NCBI GenBank assembly: GCA_037447605.1
Contig: CM074813.1
Coordinates: 2,108,001-2,172,000, forward strand
DNA: 64,000 nt
Reading direction: 5' to 3'
Source: Zygnema circumcarinatum SAG 698-1b
Lineage: Eukaryota; Plantae; Zygnematophyceae
This document shows positions 48,584 through 61,159 of the stretch, one piece after another. How positions within the stretch are numbered: the first letter of the stretch is position 1; every line of letters begins with the position of its first letter. The position numbers were made by a program, and so were the translations under genes. The notes beneath the pieces were generated by a model, which saw only the letters and a list, made by a program, of their open reading frames with translations, had not been told where the DNA came from and did no database searches.

Positions 48584-50871
48584 GGCGGGTCTCTCCCACC
48601 CCGGGGAAGGAACCGATCAGAGGCGAAGCTCGAGCAGGCCCTTCAGGAGGTGCTCCCCCTCCCCCTTCCTCCCCGCTCCTCCCCCTTCCCAGGCCGCCAC
48701 GTGGCGCTGCCCCTTTTTGCAGGTGCGCGTCCTCCCCTAATATCTCCCTGAAAGCGCCATCACGGGCCCGGCCCGCGCGGACGGATTCCGGCACCTCGAC
48801 AGCAAGACCGTACGACTGTGCTGGCGGATTCCGTCGCGGCGGTGAGTCTCCGTATAGCCAGCGGGGCGGGACCTGGCCGGGCGGCCCTGGAAAGCTGTTG
48901 TCCGTACAGTTCAGGGAAACACGTATTACTGAAACGGAGACTGAATAGAACATCAACAGCGGACGGTTAGGACAGTCGTACGGCGATGTCACATGTCACG
49001 CGGCCCTGCTCCCCTCGCCTGCCTCCCTTTTAGTCTCCGCTCTGCCTCTCCCTCACCTCGCCACTCTCCCACGCAGCAGTGAGCCATCCTCCTGCCCCTT
49101 TCTCACGCTGTCCTGCATCTCACTGTAGCACCACTACCTTTCTCACGCCTCCCTCTGCCGATTTTCCTCCTTCCCCTGTCTTGCGCTCTCCTGCTTGGGA
49201 AACTTATACTGGACGGCTGCTGGGTCTTTTTTGAAGGAGCACTCACATAAGTGAGAGAGCCTATCCTGAACTGTCAAGTTTTCTTCTCTGTAATTTGCTG
49301 CAAGAGCAGTCATACTACATCGGGAACGCCTTCCTTTAACAATCCTTCACCACGTTGACGCCAGGGTTGAGATTCTAAACATGCATGCGACCACCATACA
49401 TACATGCTCTGCATGACATGTATGCATCCATTCGTGTACTGATGATGTTCATTCATCCATAGATCGCATGTCTCACCCATGCATACATACATCCGTATAC
49501 ACATGCATGCATGTGAGCAGACAGACCTGCGTGCAGTGAGTCGTTACGAATGTATGGGAATGTGAGGCCCATTTTCCATGTTTCTTCGTTTCTAGGGTTT
49601 CGCAGCATGGAAGCAGTGGAATGAGGGAGCTTCTTGCACATGGCTGAAGCCTCCAGAGGGGTGCCTTCGGGTGTCCCTGCTGGCTGCTCCCCGTTCCGTT
49701 CTCTATTACAGCATGTCACGCTGCTTCCCATATCCACAGCCAGGTTATGAGAAAAAGGCGCGCGACGCCAGTATTATTATTTTGAAGGTATTTTGAGCGC
49801 GACCTAGAATTAAGGTTGCTTGCATTACGTGAAGTTGTTATCTCCTGATGACAATTCAGCTCACAATTGTTCTGGAAAAGCTGCGCAAATGGATAGCTTG
49901 TGCTGCTTGCAAGATGGTTCAGTTCATTGTCATTGTCCAGCCGTATAGAATTTTATGGATTCTAGGGTATTTGGCGTTCAGATGCTTGTGCAGCACTTCG
50001 AGGCATGGAGTATGGAGGCAGCCCCTTTTTTCAATCTATGCTGATCATAGGTCCACATCCCTGCTTTGTTTGCTGGTGGTGTTTGCTAAATGGTGATTGT
50101 TTAGGACTCAAAACGAGACAAGGAGAAGAAGAGGAGGGACAAAAAGAAAAGGAATGATGGAGAGGAGGAGAAGAAGAAAAAGCATCGTAGTCGAGAAGAG
50201 AAATTGTCAAAGAAGGAGGGGGGAGAACAATTGCTGGAGCGTGGTCTACAAGAGGACCGCAAGAGAAAGCCGAAGGAGGGGAGAGAGGATGCTGGTGTGT
50301 AGCCTGTATTTGCCTTTTGCTGGTGTTTGTTTCCGTCATGGTGTCAGAAAGAGCCAAGCCAGAAGTTTGATCTGATGGCCGAGGGCAAAAGCAGAGGACT
50401 TGTTTCAAGCAATGATAATTTCTGAGGGTTAAGGTGCTGACTGCATTATTAGTGAGTCTTTCCCGACTGTGCTTGAATCACCTGAATTGATTGCCTCTCT
50501 CACATCCAGAAACACCAACTCTTTAACTCTCGGTCCTCTCCCACTTCCCCTCCAAGTCCTTTCCCTCCCATTCCCACCGGTTTCCCTGCCTTTTCTCGTG
50601 CACTTCCATTTTCCCGTGCTTTTCGTCCATTCTCCTCCGGATGTAACCTTGCATTTTGGCAGAGTCAGGTTGACCTCCTTAGTTCGAAAGAAGTTGTATC
50701 CAGTTTCGTCTGCTCCATCCCTGTCCTTTTATTCCAACAAAAGGAAATAAGAGTTCGACGCCTGCTTGTTCGTGTCGGTTTCAGTCCTTGGCTCAACCAA
50801 GCTCAAGCAGGTATGGATGGTAATGCATGCTGACGCTACTTTGACTGCCTCCTACTTGCTGGGGACGGGCA

Positions 50872-51387
50872 GACAAGCAAACTTTCAAGCAAGCTGATGT
50901 GGCGACGCCGAGCCTTTTTTCTGAAAGGAATGGTTTGACGTTACACTCGAGTTCTGGAGATGGTCAGCCATCGCTATCAAGACTGCGTGACAGCCATTCC
51001 AATGGAGAGCTTGGAGGAGGGACGGGAAAAATGGCAAATGGCTGGTTGAGCTCGCCAAAAAAGGAAGCGGATAGCAAGGAACATTTGTCGGATGACAAAA
51101 GTAGGGACAGAGGGAACCGAAGTAGAGAGAAGATGGCTTCGGAAGTTGAACCTCCAGGGGAGATGAATGGGAGAGGAGAGGAGGGAGAGGGGCTTGATGA
51201 CGATAGTTGGTTATTCCGACCTCGACCCCGCTTGCGAGGAGACTGGGGAAGCTCCTCCAGTAGCAGTGGAGTAGTGGGCCTTGCGTTGGCTGATCCTCGC
51301 TACTTGCCGGAATTCGATGTCTGTATATTGCCATACATGCTCCCATACTGTGTGCGGCCGAATTGTTCTAAGTCATGCCCAGATTAA
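50872..51387 (+). CDS. Orphan Ser/Gly/Glu-rich ORF, possibly an exon of a gene divergent from the amylase
   Basis: Open frame of about 170 codons after an AG acceptor at 50872, with a CAG|GTATGG donor upstream at about 50810. No recognisable domain. Confidence 0.33.
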   Translation, partial: DKQTFKQADVATPSLFSERNGLTLHSSSGDGQPSLSRLRDSHSNGELGGGTGKMANGWLSSPKKEADSKEHLSDDKSRDRGNRSREKMASEVEPPGEMNGRGEEGEGLDDDSWLFRPRPRLRGDWGSSSSSSGVVGLALADPRYLPEFDVCILPYMLPYCVRPNCSKSCPD

Positions 51388-52473
51388 GTCAAACCAGCAG
51401 ATAGATGACTCTTTCGGATTTCTTGTGGGGCTTTTTCCTTTTTTTAGTTCCTTTTCGATTTTTTTGCCGGATTTTCGTCAGAGGTTGACATTATAAAAAG
51501 GTTTTGTCTAGATGTGTGTGTGCTAAAATGAGCTCACACAAAGCGCAAAGGTGAACGTGCTCAGAGTCTCGAAACATAGGTCAGCCACGCTTCCAATAAG
51601 CGCAACTTTCAAGGGAAAGACGTTACATGTCCGTGCTCTAATCGTGGCCGTCGAAATCTCCTGCTCGTGTGGTAGAGGGGCAGTCTGGACTCTAATCCTT
51701 TGCTGCCTGCCAGTTAACGAATTTTGATGGATTGACACGTGGAATAGCCTCAGAGGGACTCAGTAATGTAACTTCTTTGTAGATCAGCTACTGTACAATT
51801 GTTTTGTGGCACAGTAGGATGTCTACCTGCTGTTCCTCAATCAGCAAATTTATGTATCGTATCCTGACTCGTCATGTCTCACATTATGCATGCCGACGAT
51901 CTGTTCTCTGTTCAGCCTGATTTTTCTCTGTTTCCTGCGTTTTTTTTTTTTAAATGATTGGGGCACTTGAGGCTGGAGGGATGAAGGAATGTGCAGCCTA
52001 TGCAAGGCCTAAAACAGTTTAGACCTCGTAGCCATGTCAATGTCTTGTGAAGACAGAGGAGCCTCTCAAAGATGGTTGGAAGAGTGGGGTGGCGACAAAT
52101 TTGAGGTGATATGACATGACTAATGTCAGAAAGTTTTCCTGGCAGTTCAATTTTTGAACGATTGTGTAGAGATCATTGGAACAGGCACTTTGTACAATCG
52201 CCTAGTGGACTCTCCGCGCACATATTTTGCGAAAATATCTCTCACTTTTGGTCCTCAACACTGGTCCATTGAGGGTACAAAAGCCAATCAGAGCACGCCA
52301 CGTCTGCGAACACTACACCTGGCAAGCACTTATTGGAGTGTGTTCAAAAGGCACCTTCGTCAACGGACCCATCCCCCCTGCCGTTGCGCTGTGACCGCAC
52401 CTCACACATGCCGTACGGTACGGTACGGTACGGTCGTACGGTACGGTCATACAGCCGTTTGCCGTACCATATC

Positions 52474-53693
52474 CAGGCCTCAAATAGGGGATTTCGGCCT
52501 AAGATAGGGGACTGTCCCCTAAGTTGGACTGTCCCCTAAAAAACACTAAAATACGACATGTACGGATGAAGCCGCCTGCCTCCTGTTCGGCGGCTTGTGT
52601 ACACTTCCATGGTTTCGTAGCGGGAACTGCGTTTGTGAAGAAGATGGAGGGGCCGAAGTTCCAGCGTGGCCATGGCGGCAAGTTTGGTCGCAAGGTCACT
52701 CACTGGCAGGGAGGAACCCGGCAGCAGGCCTTGTGACTTCTCTAGTGTAGTGTTTTGCCCTCACTTTTGGGCGAGAAGAAAGGGTTGGCGGCAAGAGGAA
52801 ATGTGCGACTCGCTCGAAGTACTTTGATTGTTTCCGATCAGACAATTACGTGCAGCATCTCCATCAGCAGCATCAGTAAAGTGAGCCGAGTACAAAGAGT
52901 TTTAAGTCACCGTTAGAACGTGACGTTCAAGGATGTCGACCCACCTTGTGCCAATAATACTTTGAATGTTCATTTCGAAACCATCGACAAATCGGTAGTC
53001 GAAGTGATTATTGGAGAGATGCTCTTTCATCCCGATGAATTGGAAGGCGTTAGTGTGCGGCGTGCTCTAAGCTTGTTTGCCCACATCGTACTTGGTCGGT
53101 TGTGTTGGTCTTGCAGGTTCCATTTCGGCAAGCTGCTCGCTCAATTGGGTCGTTGAATGAGTAACTACATATCGTGATTGTCAAACGCAGAAGTGTTCTG
53201 ATTGATTGGTAAAAAAATCCAACCTATAATAGTTGACGAGTTTGCACTAGTTTCTAAAGCCGTGGTGTTATACCAACAACTAGAGTTCATGAGTGCAAAT
53301 GCAATTCATTTCACATTTTCTTACCAAAAAAATGCTTTTTTTAGGGCTTGTATGATATTTGAAGCTATATCACTCCAACTAACACCTCTTATTGGTCCAA
53401 CCGTGTCGGTGGACTTCCGCCGCTCCCTCCTCTCGATGTGCCTCACATCGGTGACCTTCGCGGCTGCTTCTAGGGGCTGCGTTGTGCGCCTAGGCGTAGT
53501 TTTCCGCTCTTAGCTTCTTTCTTTTGTGCCTAGGTCCTTTTGCGGCCAGTCCCTCGTGGTTCCGCATGCTGCTTTTGTTCATGTACATTTTGATGGCCTC
53601 GCCATCGTGAGTTCAATGCACTTTCACTTTTCCCAAATTTCCCATAAATAACCTATTTATGATATTTTAGGGGTATCTCCTATTTTAGGACTG
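52474..53693 (+). mobile_element. Older hAT deletion derivative of the same family as 4890-5753, with decayed N-terminal transposase sequence
   Basis: The 5' end CAGGCCTCAAATAGGGGATTTCGGCCTAAGATAGGGGACTGTCCCCTAA matches the reverse complement of 5700-5753. Remnants FGREERVGGKRKCATRSKYFDCFRSDNYVQHLHQQH and IDKSVVEVIIGEMLFHPDE carry stops and frameshifts. The 53200-53350 segment matches 4990-5160. Confidence 0.85.
53391..53630. repeat. Copy of the ~250-bp dispersed repeat inserted inside the hAT derivative (opposite orientation to the other copies)
   Basis: Reverse complement of 62405-62640; absent from the equivalent position of the 4890-5753 hAT copy. Confidence 0.8.
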
Positions 53694-53904
53694 GTCGTAT
53701 TTGTACGAATCTATCTCACTGGTGCCGTACCGTACGGTCCGGGCTGTACGGTAACAGCAGCAGCAGGAGCAGCAGTAGCGGCAGCCTGGTCCTCTCTCCC
53801 TCTCCATCTCCCTCTCCCGCTGCCTCTCCCTCTTCCTCCCCCGCGTCTCCTCCAGCTCGCTCGCTCGCTCGTTCGCGCGCCCTCCGGAGGGGGGGGGGGG
53901 CGCC

Positions 53905-56900
53905 ATGGAGCGTGCTCGGCCCGCACTGTGGATCGACTTCGTGCTGCTGCCCGAGCTGCTGGAAGAGCACCTGCGCGCCCTCGCGGACGGCCGCACGCGC
54001 CACCCCTCCGCGCCCGAACTCATATCTTCTTTCCTCGACCAGGTGCGCGCTAAGGTTTGCGGGCATGCCTGCATGAGGTATGGCGTGCATGGGTGCATGC
54101 TCTGGAACACACTTCTTGGGTCGGAATGAGAGGGACATGAATGGAAGCGCGAGATTACAGTCATGAGAAATGACAGTTGTCCATGATTGGGAAACATTTG
54201 GAACTCGAGTGAGTGCAAGTCATGCATAAATGTTCAAATTAGGCTCTATTTTTCTGCTAATCAGAAAGCCATGGGGGTAAGTTTTACAAGCAGTTGGGAA
54301 ATGAGCTAATTCTACAGCAATCAGATGACAAAATTAGCGAGCTCGATTAAAGGACTTCATTGAATGGAAGCAGTTTTTCCGTTTTAGTTGTTTTTTCTCG
54401 TTCGTGCTGCGAGCCCACATGCAACGGCAAAGCAAACAAAAAATCCATCCCATTTTCAATTGAATTTCTGTACGCAATTAATTAAGGAACATGTGTCCTT
54501 GTCTCTAATAGTTACACCGTTCGTCGTATCTAGGGTGGGCCACGCGCGAATTGCGAACTCTGTTTTTTACCCTGTTTACCTCTAATAGTATGGGCCATAC
54601 AAATTACGTAGCACTCCAATTGGTGTATGGCTTAAATAACGCGGGCCACATTATTACCCGTGGCGTAATTAGTGTGGGTTTTCAAGAATTTCATAATCAA
54701 GTTTCAGGTGAGAAGTGTTTGTATATATATGTATTTTATACTTATGTATTCATCCTCATGCATCCATATGCATACATATATACTATGTAAACCGGCCATA
54801 CTAATTGTGCTATAGAATTTTGGCCAAACAGCAATTGGTGTGGGCACACTAATTGAGTTCCCACACTTACAAGGATGAAGAATGTACAGGTTTGGGACGT
54901 TCGTTTTAACTTTGATCATTGTAGAATTCCCTGTTAGAATTTTTTTTAACGGTCATTTCTTTCAGGTGCCACGTAGGCTTCTCCAGAAATGGAAGGAGGA
55001 TGCGGGCTAACTACTCACCTAGGTTGAATACCCTCTTGGTTGTGTTTGGCGTTTCATTTCCACCCACAGAGCGAGCTTAAAGCATCAAAGATTGATCGAA
55101 TTTGTCGCCTTGACCACAACCATGCCCCTGCTCTTTCAATGTGACTCTGACTGTAACCGAGCCTGACTAGATACATATTTGCGTTGCACTTTTTGCCAGG
55201 CGGCTGCTGTGTCAAAAGCAACCCCTGCAGATTCTTCTCTCACAAAGTCAGCAGATGCAGAGAACCGCAGTTCCTCCAAGGAGGTGCAGTCTTCCATCTC
55301 AGGCTCGCTTCCGCCAGCACCCCCCAATGTGAACGCTCCCACAACATCCGTCACATTCCCTAAAGGCCCATTCGTGTCTCGAACTGCTGCGGTGTTGTGT
55401 GAACGCGCAGCTCAAGTGGCTGTGGCAGCTCGCCTCTCATTGGCGGACATAGAAACGCAACTGCCGTCTCGGCAGCAGCAGCTCACTCTCTTGCATGCTT
55501 TGGCCATCCACGATGCTCCGAGGGCTCTCATTCACGAATGCGATCTGCACCGTTGGATGGTGCACGCAGCACTGGACTCTCACCCTGTGGGTTCTGCAGC
55601 ACATGGTGCAGGGTTCAGGATAGCAGATGGGGGAGCTGAAAGCAGGGTAGAGGGGGAGAAAAGGGAGGGAGTGGGAGGGGGAGCGGGAGCGGGAGGGGGA
55701 GGGGGAGAGAAGGAGCTTGCAGCAAGGCTGCGGGAGATTGCTGAAAGCACCCGGGTGGGGAAGATAACTCCAGTGGCTCCGGCTTTTCGAGGAACAAATA
55801 TGGATTTGGAGGATGAGAATAAATCACTGGAGTTTCTGGAAAAAATATTATCAGAGGGGAATGATGATGATGGTGTGGGGAGGCTGGAGGAACGAGAAGA
55901 GGAGAGAAAGTGCGTGCAGGAGGGGAGAAGGTTGTCGGAAGGAGGGGAGTTAAGGGGAAAATATCTCTCCCAGCATTATCGAGGCTTGATTATGTATGAT
56001 GTTGCCGAAGTGCATTTTATGAGGCATAGGGTGGAGACTGCAAGAAGGCTGTTTTCTCGATGCTTGAGGCTGGTCAGGAGTGAAGAGCAAACCAGTCTGG
56101 TGTACAGGTCTGGCGAAGGTAGAAGTGCTGGTATTAAAATAGAACGGGAAACTGAAGTGGACCCGTCAAGATTGCGAGATGATATAAAGATGGAAGAAAA
56201 AGACATGGAGCAGGAAAGGGGACAAGCCGCAAATCTAGAAACTACAGAGAATATGAGGGATGTTGAAATGGAGACTGGTGACACAGAAGTAAACAGAAGC
56301 AAGCAGAAAAATCGAGCAAGTAGCGACGATACTCAGGAAGTATTGGCGGTTCAAGAAGAATTTGGAGAGAGTAGCAATGTTGAGAGAGTGTTAGTGGTGG
56401 GAGCGGATACTGAGGAGCCGGAAGCCGTGGGGGGGAGGAGAGAAGCTCGGATTGTAGGGGACATCGGTGAAGGACAAGGGAGTGCTGAAGTTCGACCGAT
56501 ATCAAATGAAGAAATTCCAAAAGATCGCCTTACGGGATTTTTGATTGCCTGCCAAATGCTTCTCGGGTATGATTCGGAGAATGCGGAAGGAAACACGAAT
56601 GTAGCTTACGAGTCAATTTCGAAGCTGGACAAATTGGGACTGCTTCCCCCTGACCAGGAGACCGTCATCAGGTGTGAAATGTTTAGGAAGAGGTGGAGGG
56701 AGGTGACGGAGAAGCGGGAGATGGCTGTAGAAGTAGGTGGGAAGGAGGGAGGAGGTGAGGAACGAGAGAAGACAGTGGACGCAATTGTTGGGGAAAAGCG
56801 GAAGATGGGGGATGCGGAGCAAGGGAGAATTTTAGAAATTAAACGAAGGAAAGTGGAATCAGAGGAGACAGAAACGGAACATGGGGAGTTGGGCATCGTG

Positions 56901-59900
56901 GAGTCCCTTATTGCTGACATTTTAAACGGCAATCTGGTTGATGAATATCGTGAGTTTCTCGAGTACGATGAAAGGCTCTCAGATGACATTCGTCAAAAGA
57001 TAGTGGCCATAAACTCTATTACGAAAGCAGCCTCTGGCCAATCGTTTGAGCATTTTCTTCTTATTAGCAGCTTGTTTGAAGGTAACGAGCATCTGGTAGA
57101 ATTCCTGCTGACGACAATCCATAGGATTGTGAGTTGCGAGGGAGGACATTTGGCGATTATTTCTCGTCTTAGGCAATTTGCAGAGTACGTATGCTGCATT
57201 CTGGATAATCAAACGTATTGGACTTTCGCAAATAACCACAACCTTCTTTCGACACGGAAATCCACAGATTTTTGCAATCAGCAAGCAAATGAAGAAGCAG
57301 GGCTGGGCAGTTTAAAATCAGAGTTTTCAAAAATAGACAATTTTCTCAGCCCATCAAGAGCTTCGGTCGAAGAAGACGTCGCTTTAGGAGGACCGGAATT
57401 AATTCTACGGATTATACACGGTACAAATGGGGTGAGTTTAGTTGCAAATAGCATCATAGCTGAAAAGGGGAGGCTTGAATTCTTAAAGGAAGACTCAGTG
57501 GCGAAGCTGAGAGCAGCTGAGGGATTAAGAAGGAAAGCTTGCGAAGTCGCTATAGGGGGTTTAAGGCAGAGGCTAAAGAATAACTGGGAGTTATGCACCT
57601 ATGAGTTGAAGTCGGCGAAAGATTTGTATGAGGTTGCGGAGAAATTGGTTTCTGGGGATTCACAGGCTGAGATGATGCAGTGGCTTATAGTGAAGGTTCT
57701 AAAGGCTGGCCCATTAGATCAATCCCAGAAAAAGAAGCGAAGTTTTGACGGTTCAGATATTGCAACGGAGGGAGAGCTGCAAGGAATCTCGCAACAAGAA
57801 GGTTTTGGTGAGCCGGAAAACAGAAGTCTAAAGAAATTAAGAATGGAGGAGACTAAGGATGTGGAAGATGCAGAAGCCAAGCAGAGAAAGAAGGAGCGAG
57901 AGATACTAAGGCAGCTAGAGTACGAGCAGGTGGAATTTTTCGCTGTACAGATGATAAACCAGGGCTTGTGGGAAGCTCTGGAGGAGTTTTGTGGGCGGGA
58001 GGAAGGGTTATACGAGTGTAGGGAGAGATTGCAAACTACACCTCATGACAACACAACAACTGGTGTTGAGTCTGCGGGAGAGAATAAGAACGAGGAGGAA
58101 AGAGAAGCCATGAAAGTTGACTCAGCCATGCGGATGAATAATGAAAGTGGGGAAGGGAGAGGTTTGAAGAGAAAGAGGAAGGCAAAGGTCATTCGCCTCT
58201 TGAGAGTTGCGTCATTGATTAATCGGATTGTGCATCTGAGCGATGTTGTTAATGCTTTAAAGCAAAAAAAATGTGGAGAAGAAGATGCCATAAATGTGAG
58301 TGGCGAGTTGTGGGAGAGCTATGAGGATTTCCTTTTTTTGCTCGCAGTACAGGGCTCCAATGAGCAGAGTGAGACAATTTTTACAAAGTGGAAGGATGCA
58401 GTTGGGACAGCTGGCAGGCAACAGAAAGGAGAAGAGGTGGCTGGAGAAGTACGAGTAGGGAGAGAGAGTGAGAGAGAGGAGGATGAGAGGGCGGCGCATG
58501 CAGAGAGAGTGCAAGGTAGGGAACCACATGCATGGGAGGGGGCAGAGGCGGCAGATTGCAGTGGAGGACGAGAAGTAGAGGTCACGGCTGAGAGGGGAGA
58601 GAGAGGAGATTCTAGAGAAATAAAGGTAGCTCGACTTAGAGGAGGTGGAACAGACACTGGCAAGGACGGAGAGGAGAAGCGAGGGCGAAGAAAATTGTCC
58701 GATCATGGAGGAGCGGAAGAGTCACAGAAGCACTGGGATGGATATAAATCTAAGGGAGAGAGCGAGGTTGGTAGACCAGGAAAGGGCAGGAGTGAGAAAA
58801 TTCATAGTGACAGGGGCAGCCATAGAGGAGGAGGGCAGGGGCGTGGCAGAGGGAGAGGCAAAGAAAGCAGAGGGAGAGGAGGGGAGCAAGCAGGAAAGGT
58901 GAAGGGGAGTGGGAGAGGAGGTTGGGATGATCTGGTTGGGGAACCGGAAGACGAAAAAGCGAAAGTGGAGATGGAAAGTGGGCCTTTGAAAGATAGCTCA
59001 ACGGTCGTAGAAACAAAGAAAGACACATCTCTACCCCTTCCCGGACTATCTCAGCCTACTTTTAAATCTCTTCCTCTCCTCTCCAAGCTTCATAATCCAC
59101 AAATACTTTCGATCATCATTGCATTGACTGCCGGGTGGCTCCATAGGTGCCACCTTGCAGGCCTCTCCAAATGGCCTCTCGCTATAGAGAGATATGGAGT
59201 CTTGGCAGAGACGACTGCAAGCGCGGTCTTGCTGGCAGTAGAAGTCAACGGAACAGAGAGCATGGAGGTGGCTCCACCAAGAGTCAACCCTGATTTTGGG
59301 CGAGAAGTGTTTCGAAAGCTGTTGGAGGAAGTGGTAGAGAGGGGGGCCGGAAGCAGGTGGGAAAGGTATGCGTGGCTGCTAGGGTTGGGAGACTTAGCCT
59401 TTGAGGAAGAGGACTATGAAAAGGCAATGCGACTTATTCTCCAGGTACGAACTCAGCTTGCTTTGATGATAAGCTGATTTTTTTGGTGTCAAAAGTTTGC
59501 CTCGACTCGAAGTCGCCCGTTCTCTTTTTCGTAGTGTGGGCAGTATACACCCCTCTTAAGTGTCCATAGTGGACTTGAACAACGACTCTCGAATCCCTCC
59601 CCCTCCCCATCCCTCTTCCCCTCCCCCTCCACCTCCCCTTCCCCCTCCCCCTCCNNNNNNNNNNCTCCCGTATGTTCTGAGATGTTTATCTGGAGCACTG
59701 TAGCATGCGACTGTGGGGTGTGCAGGCAGGAGCTCTCCTCACCAGCCACTACTGCAGTAGGCGCGGCGCCCTTCCTCGTGAAGTTTTCACGCCATGGCTT
59801 GTGAGTCTCAGGACCCATTCTCTGTCTGAGCTGCAGCCGGTCCTCCCCTTCTCTCTGCAACAATCCCTGAATGTCTCCGGAACAGAAACCCTTTTCTGTA

Positions 59901-60766
59901 ACTTTGTTGTTGCGTTGGTTTTGTCCGAACCAGTCCGTCTGAAGCGCCGTCCTTTCCTTAGCCTCAACTGCTTACCAGCGCACACTCAACACAGAAGCAG
60001 TCCTTTCGTTTATAGGAAGAACTCGCTCGCTCTCACCTTCCCGTCTATATCTATCTTTCTCTCTCTCTCTCTCTCTGTGTGTGTGTGCAGCTGCGGCGAA
60101 TGATCTCTGCTCTGCGGTCCCTGGGGGCGGGCCTCCCGGCGGCGGCCCTCTGCCAGGCGGTGCCGGGAGGCTGCGACTACGAGGCGGCCTTCCGCGCCCT
60201 CCAGGAGGCGCCGCCGCCCGGGGGGGGAGGGGGCGCCCGGGAGACGCTCGCGTACTTGGACTGCCTCTGGGAGGTCACGCACTCACTCAATCACTCACTC
60301 ACTCACTCACTCACTCACTCAGCCAGTCACTCAGTCAGTCAGTCGGTCTGTCGGGGCCGGCTCGCACAGAAAGTGGTGACAGACAGGACGGCATATGACA
60401 TGAAGCGGCGGCATGAATTGAAGCGAAAGTTTGTTCAGATGGGGCTTCCTTCGTTGCTTGCAAGTGATGGTTTTGAGAGTCTCTCTCTCTTTCTCTCTCA
60501 CTCTCTCCCTCCTCTCTCCCCCTCCTCTCTCTCTCTCTGTCTGTGTGCGTTGGCGCAAGCAGGTGCCCCTCCTGGAGCTCCTCGTGTACCTCCACTCCCG
60601 CGCGGGCGACGAGGCGCGCGTGGCGGCCCTCGCGGCGCTCCTCCGGCGGGCGGCGCTCAACGCGCACAACCCGCCCGCCGTGCGGTCCGCGCACATAGAG
60701 CTGGCGGAGCACCGCCTCATGCGGAGGCTCGCGGGGGACTTTCTCGTTGGGAGGCGGCCTCTCTAA
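53905..60766 (+). CDS. INTS8: Integrator complex subunit 8-like protein
   Basis: Exons 53905-54042, 55200-59444, ~59727-59800, ~60091-60273, ~60562-60766. N-terminus WIDFVLLPELLEEHLR...PSAPELISSFLDQ; C-terminus MISALRSLG...AAALCQ...DYEAAFRALQ...YLDCLWE|VPLLELLVYLHSRAGDE...LNAHNP. Both match my recollection of animal INTS8 termini. Confidence 0.82.
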
Positions 60767-61159
60767 AGGGAGGGAGGGAGGGAGGGAGGGTGTCGTCTTG
60801 AATGTATGGTATGTACAGAAGAGAAATAATGTGAGGGAAGTCTTCTTAAGTACAGAGTTGGGAAGGCCCACATCTCTTGGGAAACCATTGGTGGTGGCGA
60901 ATTACTTTAAAAAATAAGAAAAAGGGAGGCAGAGAGGGCAGCCTAAAGCCAAGAGCAGGAGGAGAGCAGAAGCCACGAGACGAGCTCCCAACTTGTACTA
61001 GCGGCGAATTTCCGACTTAGGGCTCCAAATTTTGACTCCCGGGATTTCGGCATCTATGGCTAAATTCTTAGCCATGCATAGTGACTAGGTTGTCCAGAAT
61101 TGAAATTAAACTCGACTAATGCAGATAATTCCTAACGCAATTATTCGTTGGAAATTTCT

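Noticed and set aside
55615-59287. Minus-strand Ser/Leu/Pro/Phe-rich ORFs as overlapping genes
   Set aside because: They are antisense shadows of the purine-rich INTS8 exon.
59560-59605. tRNA gene or tRNA-derived SINE (B-box-like GTTCAAGTCC on the minus strand)
   Set aside because: No A box at a suitable distance and no cloverleaf; the site lies in an INTS8 intron next to an assembly gap.
59655-59664. N runs here and at 33698-33707 as biological features
   Set aside because: They are fixed 10-N scaffold gaps inside C/T microsatellites; true lengths are unknown.
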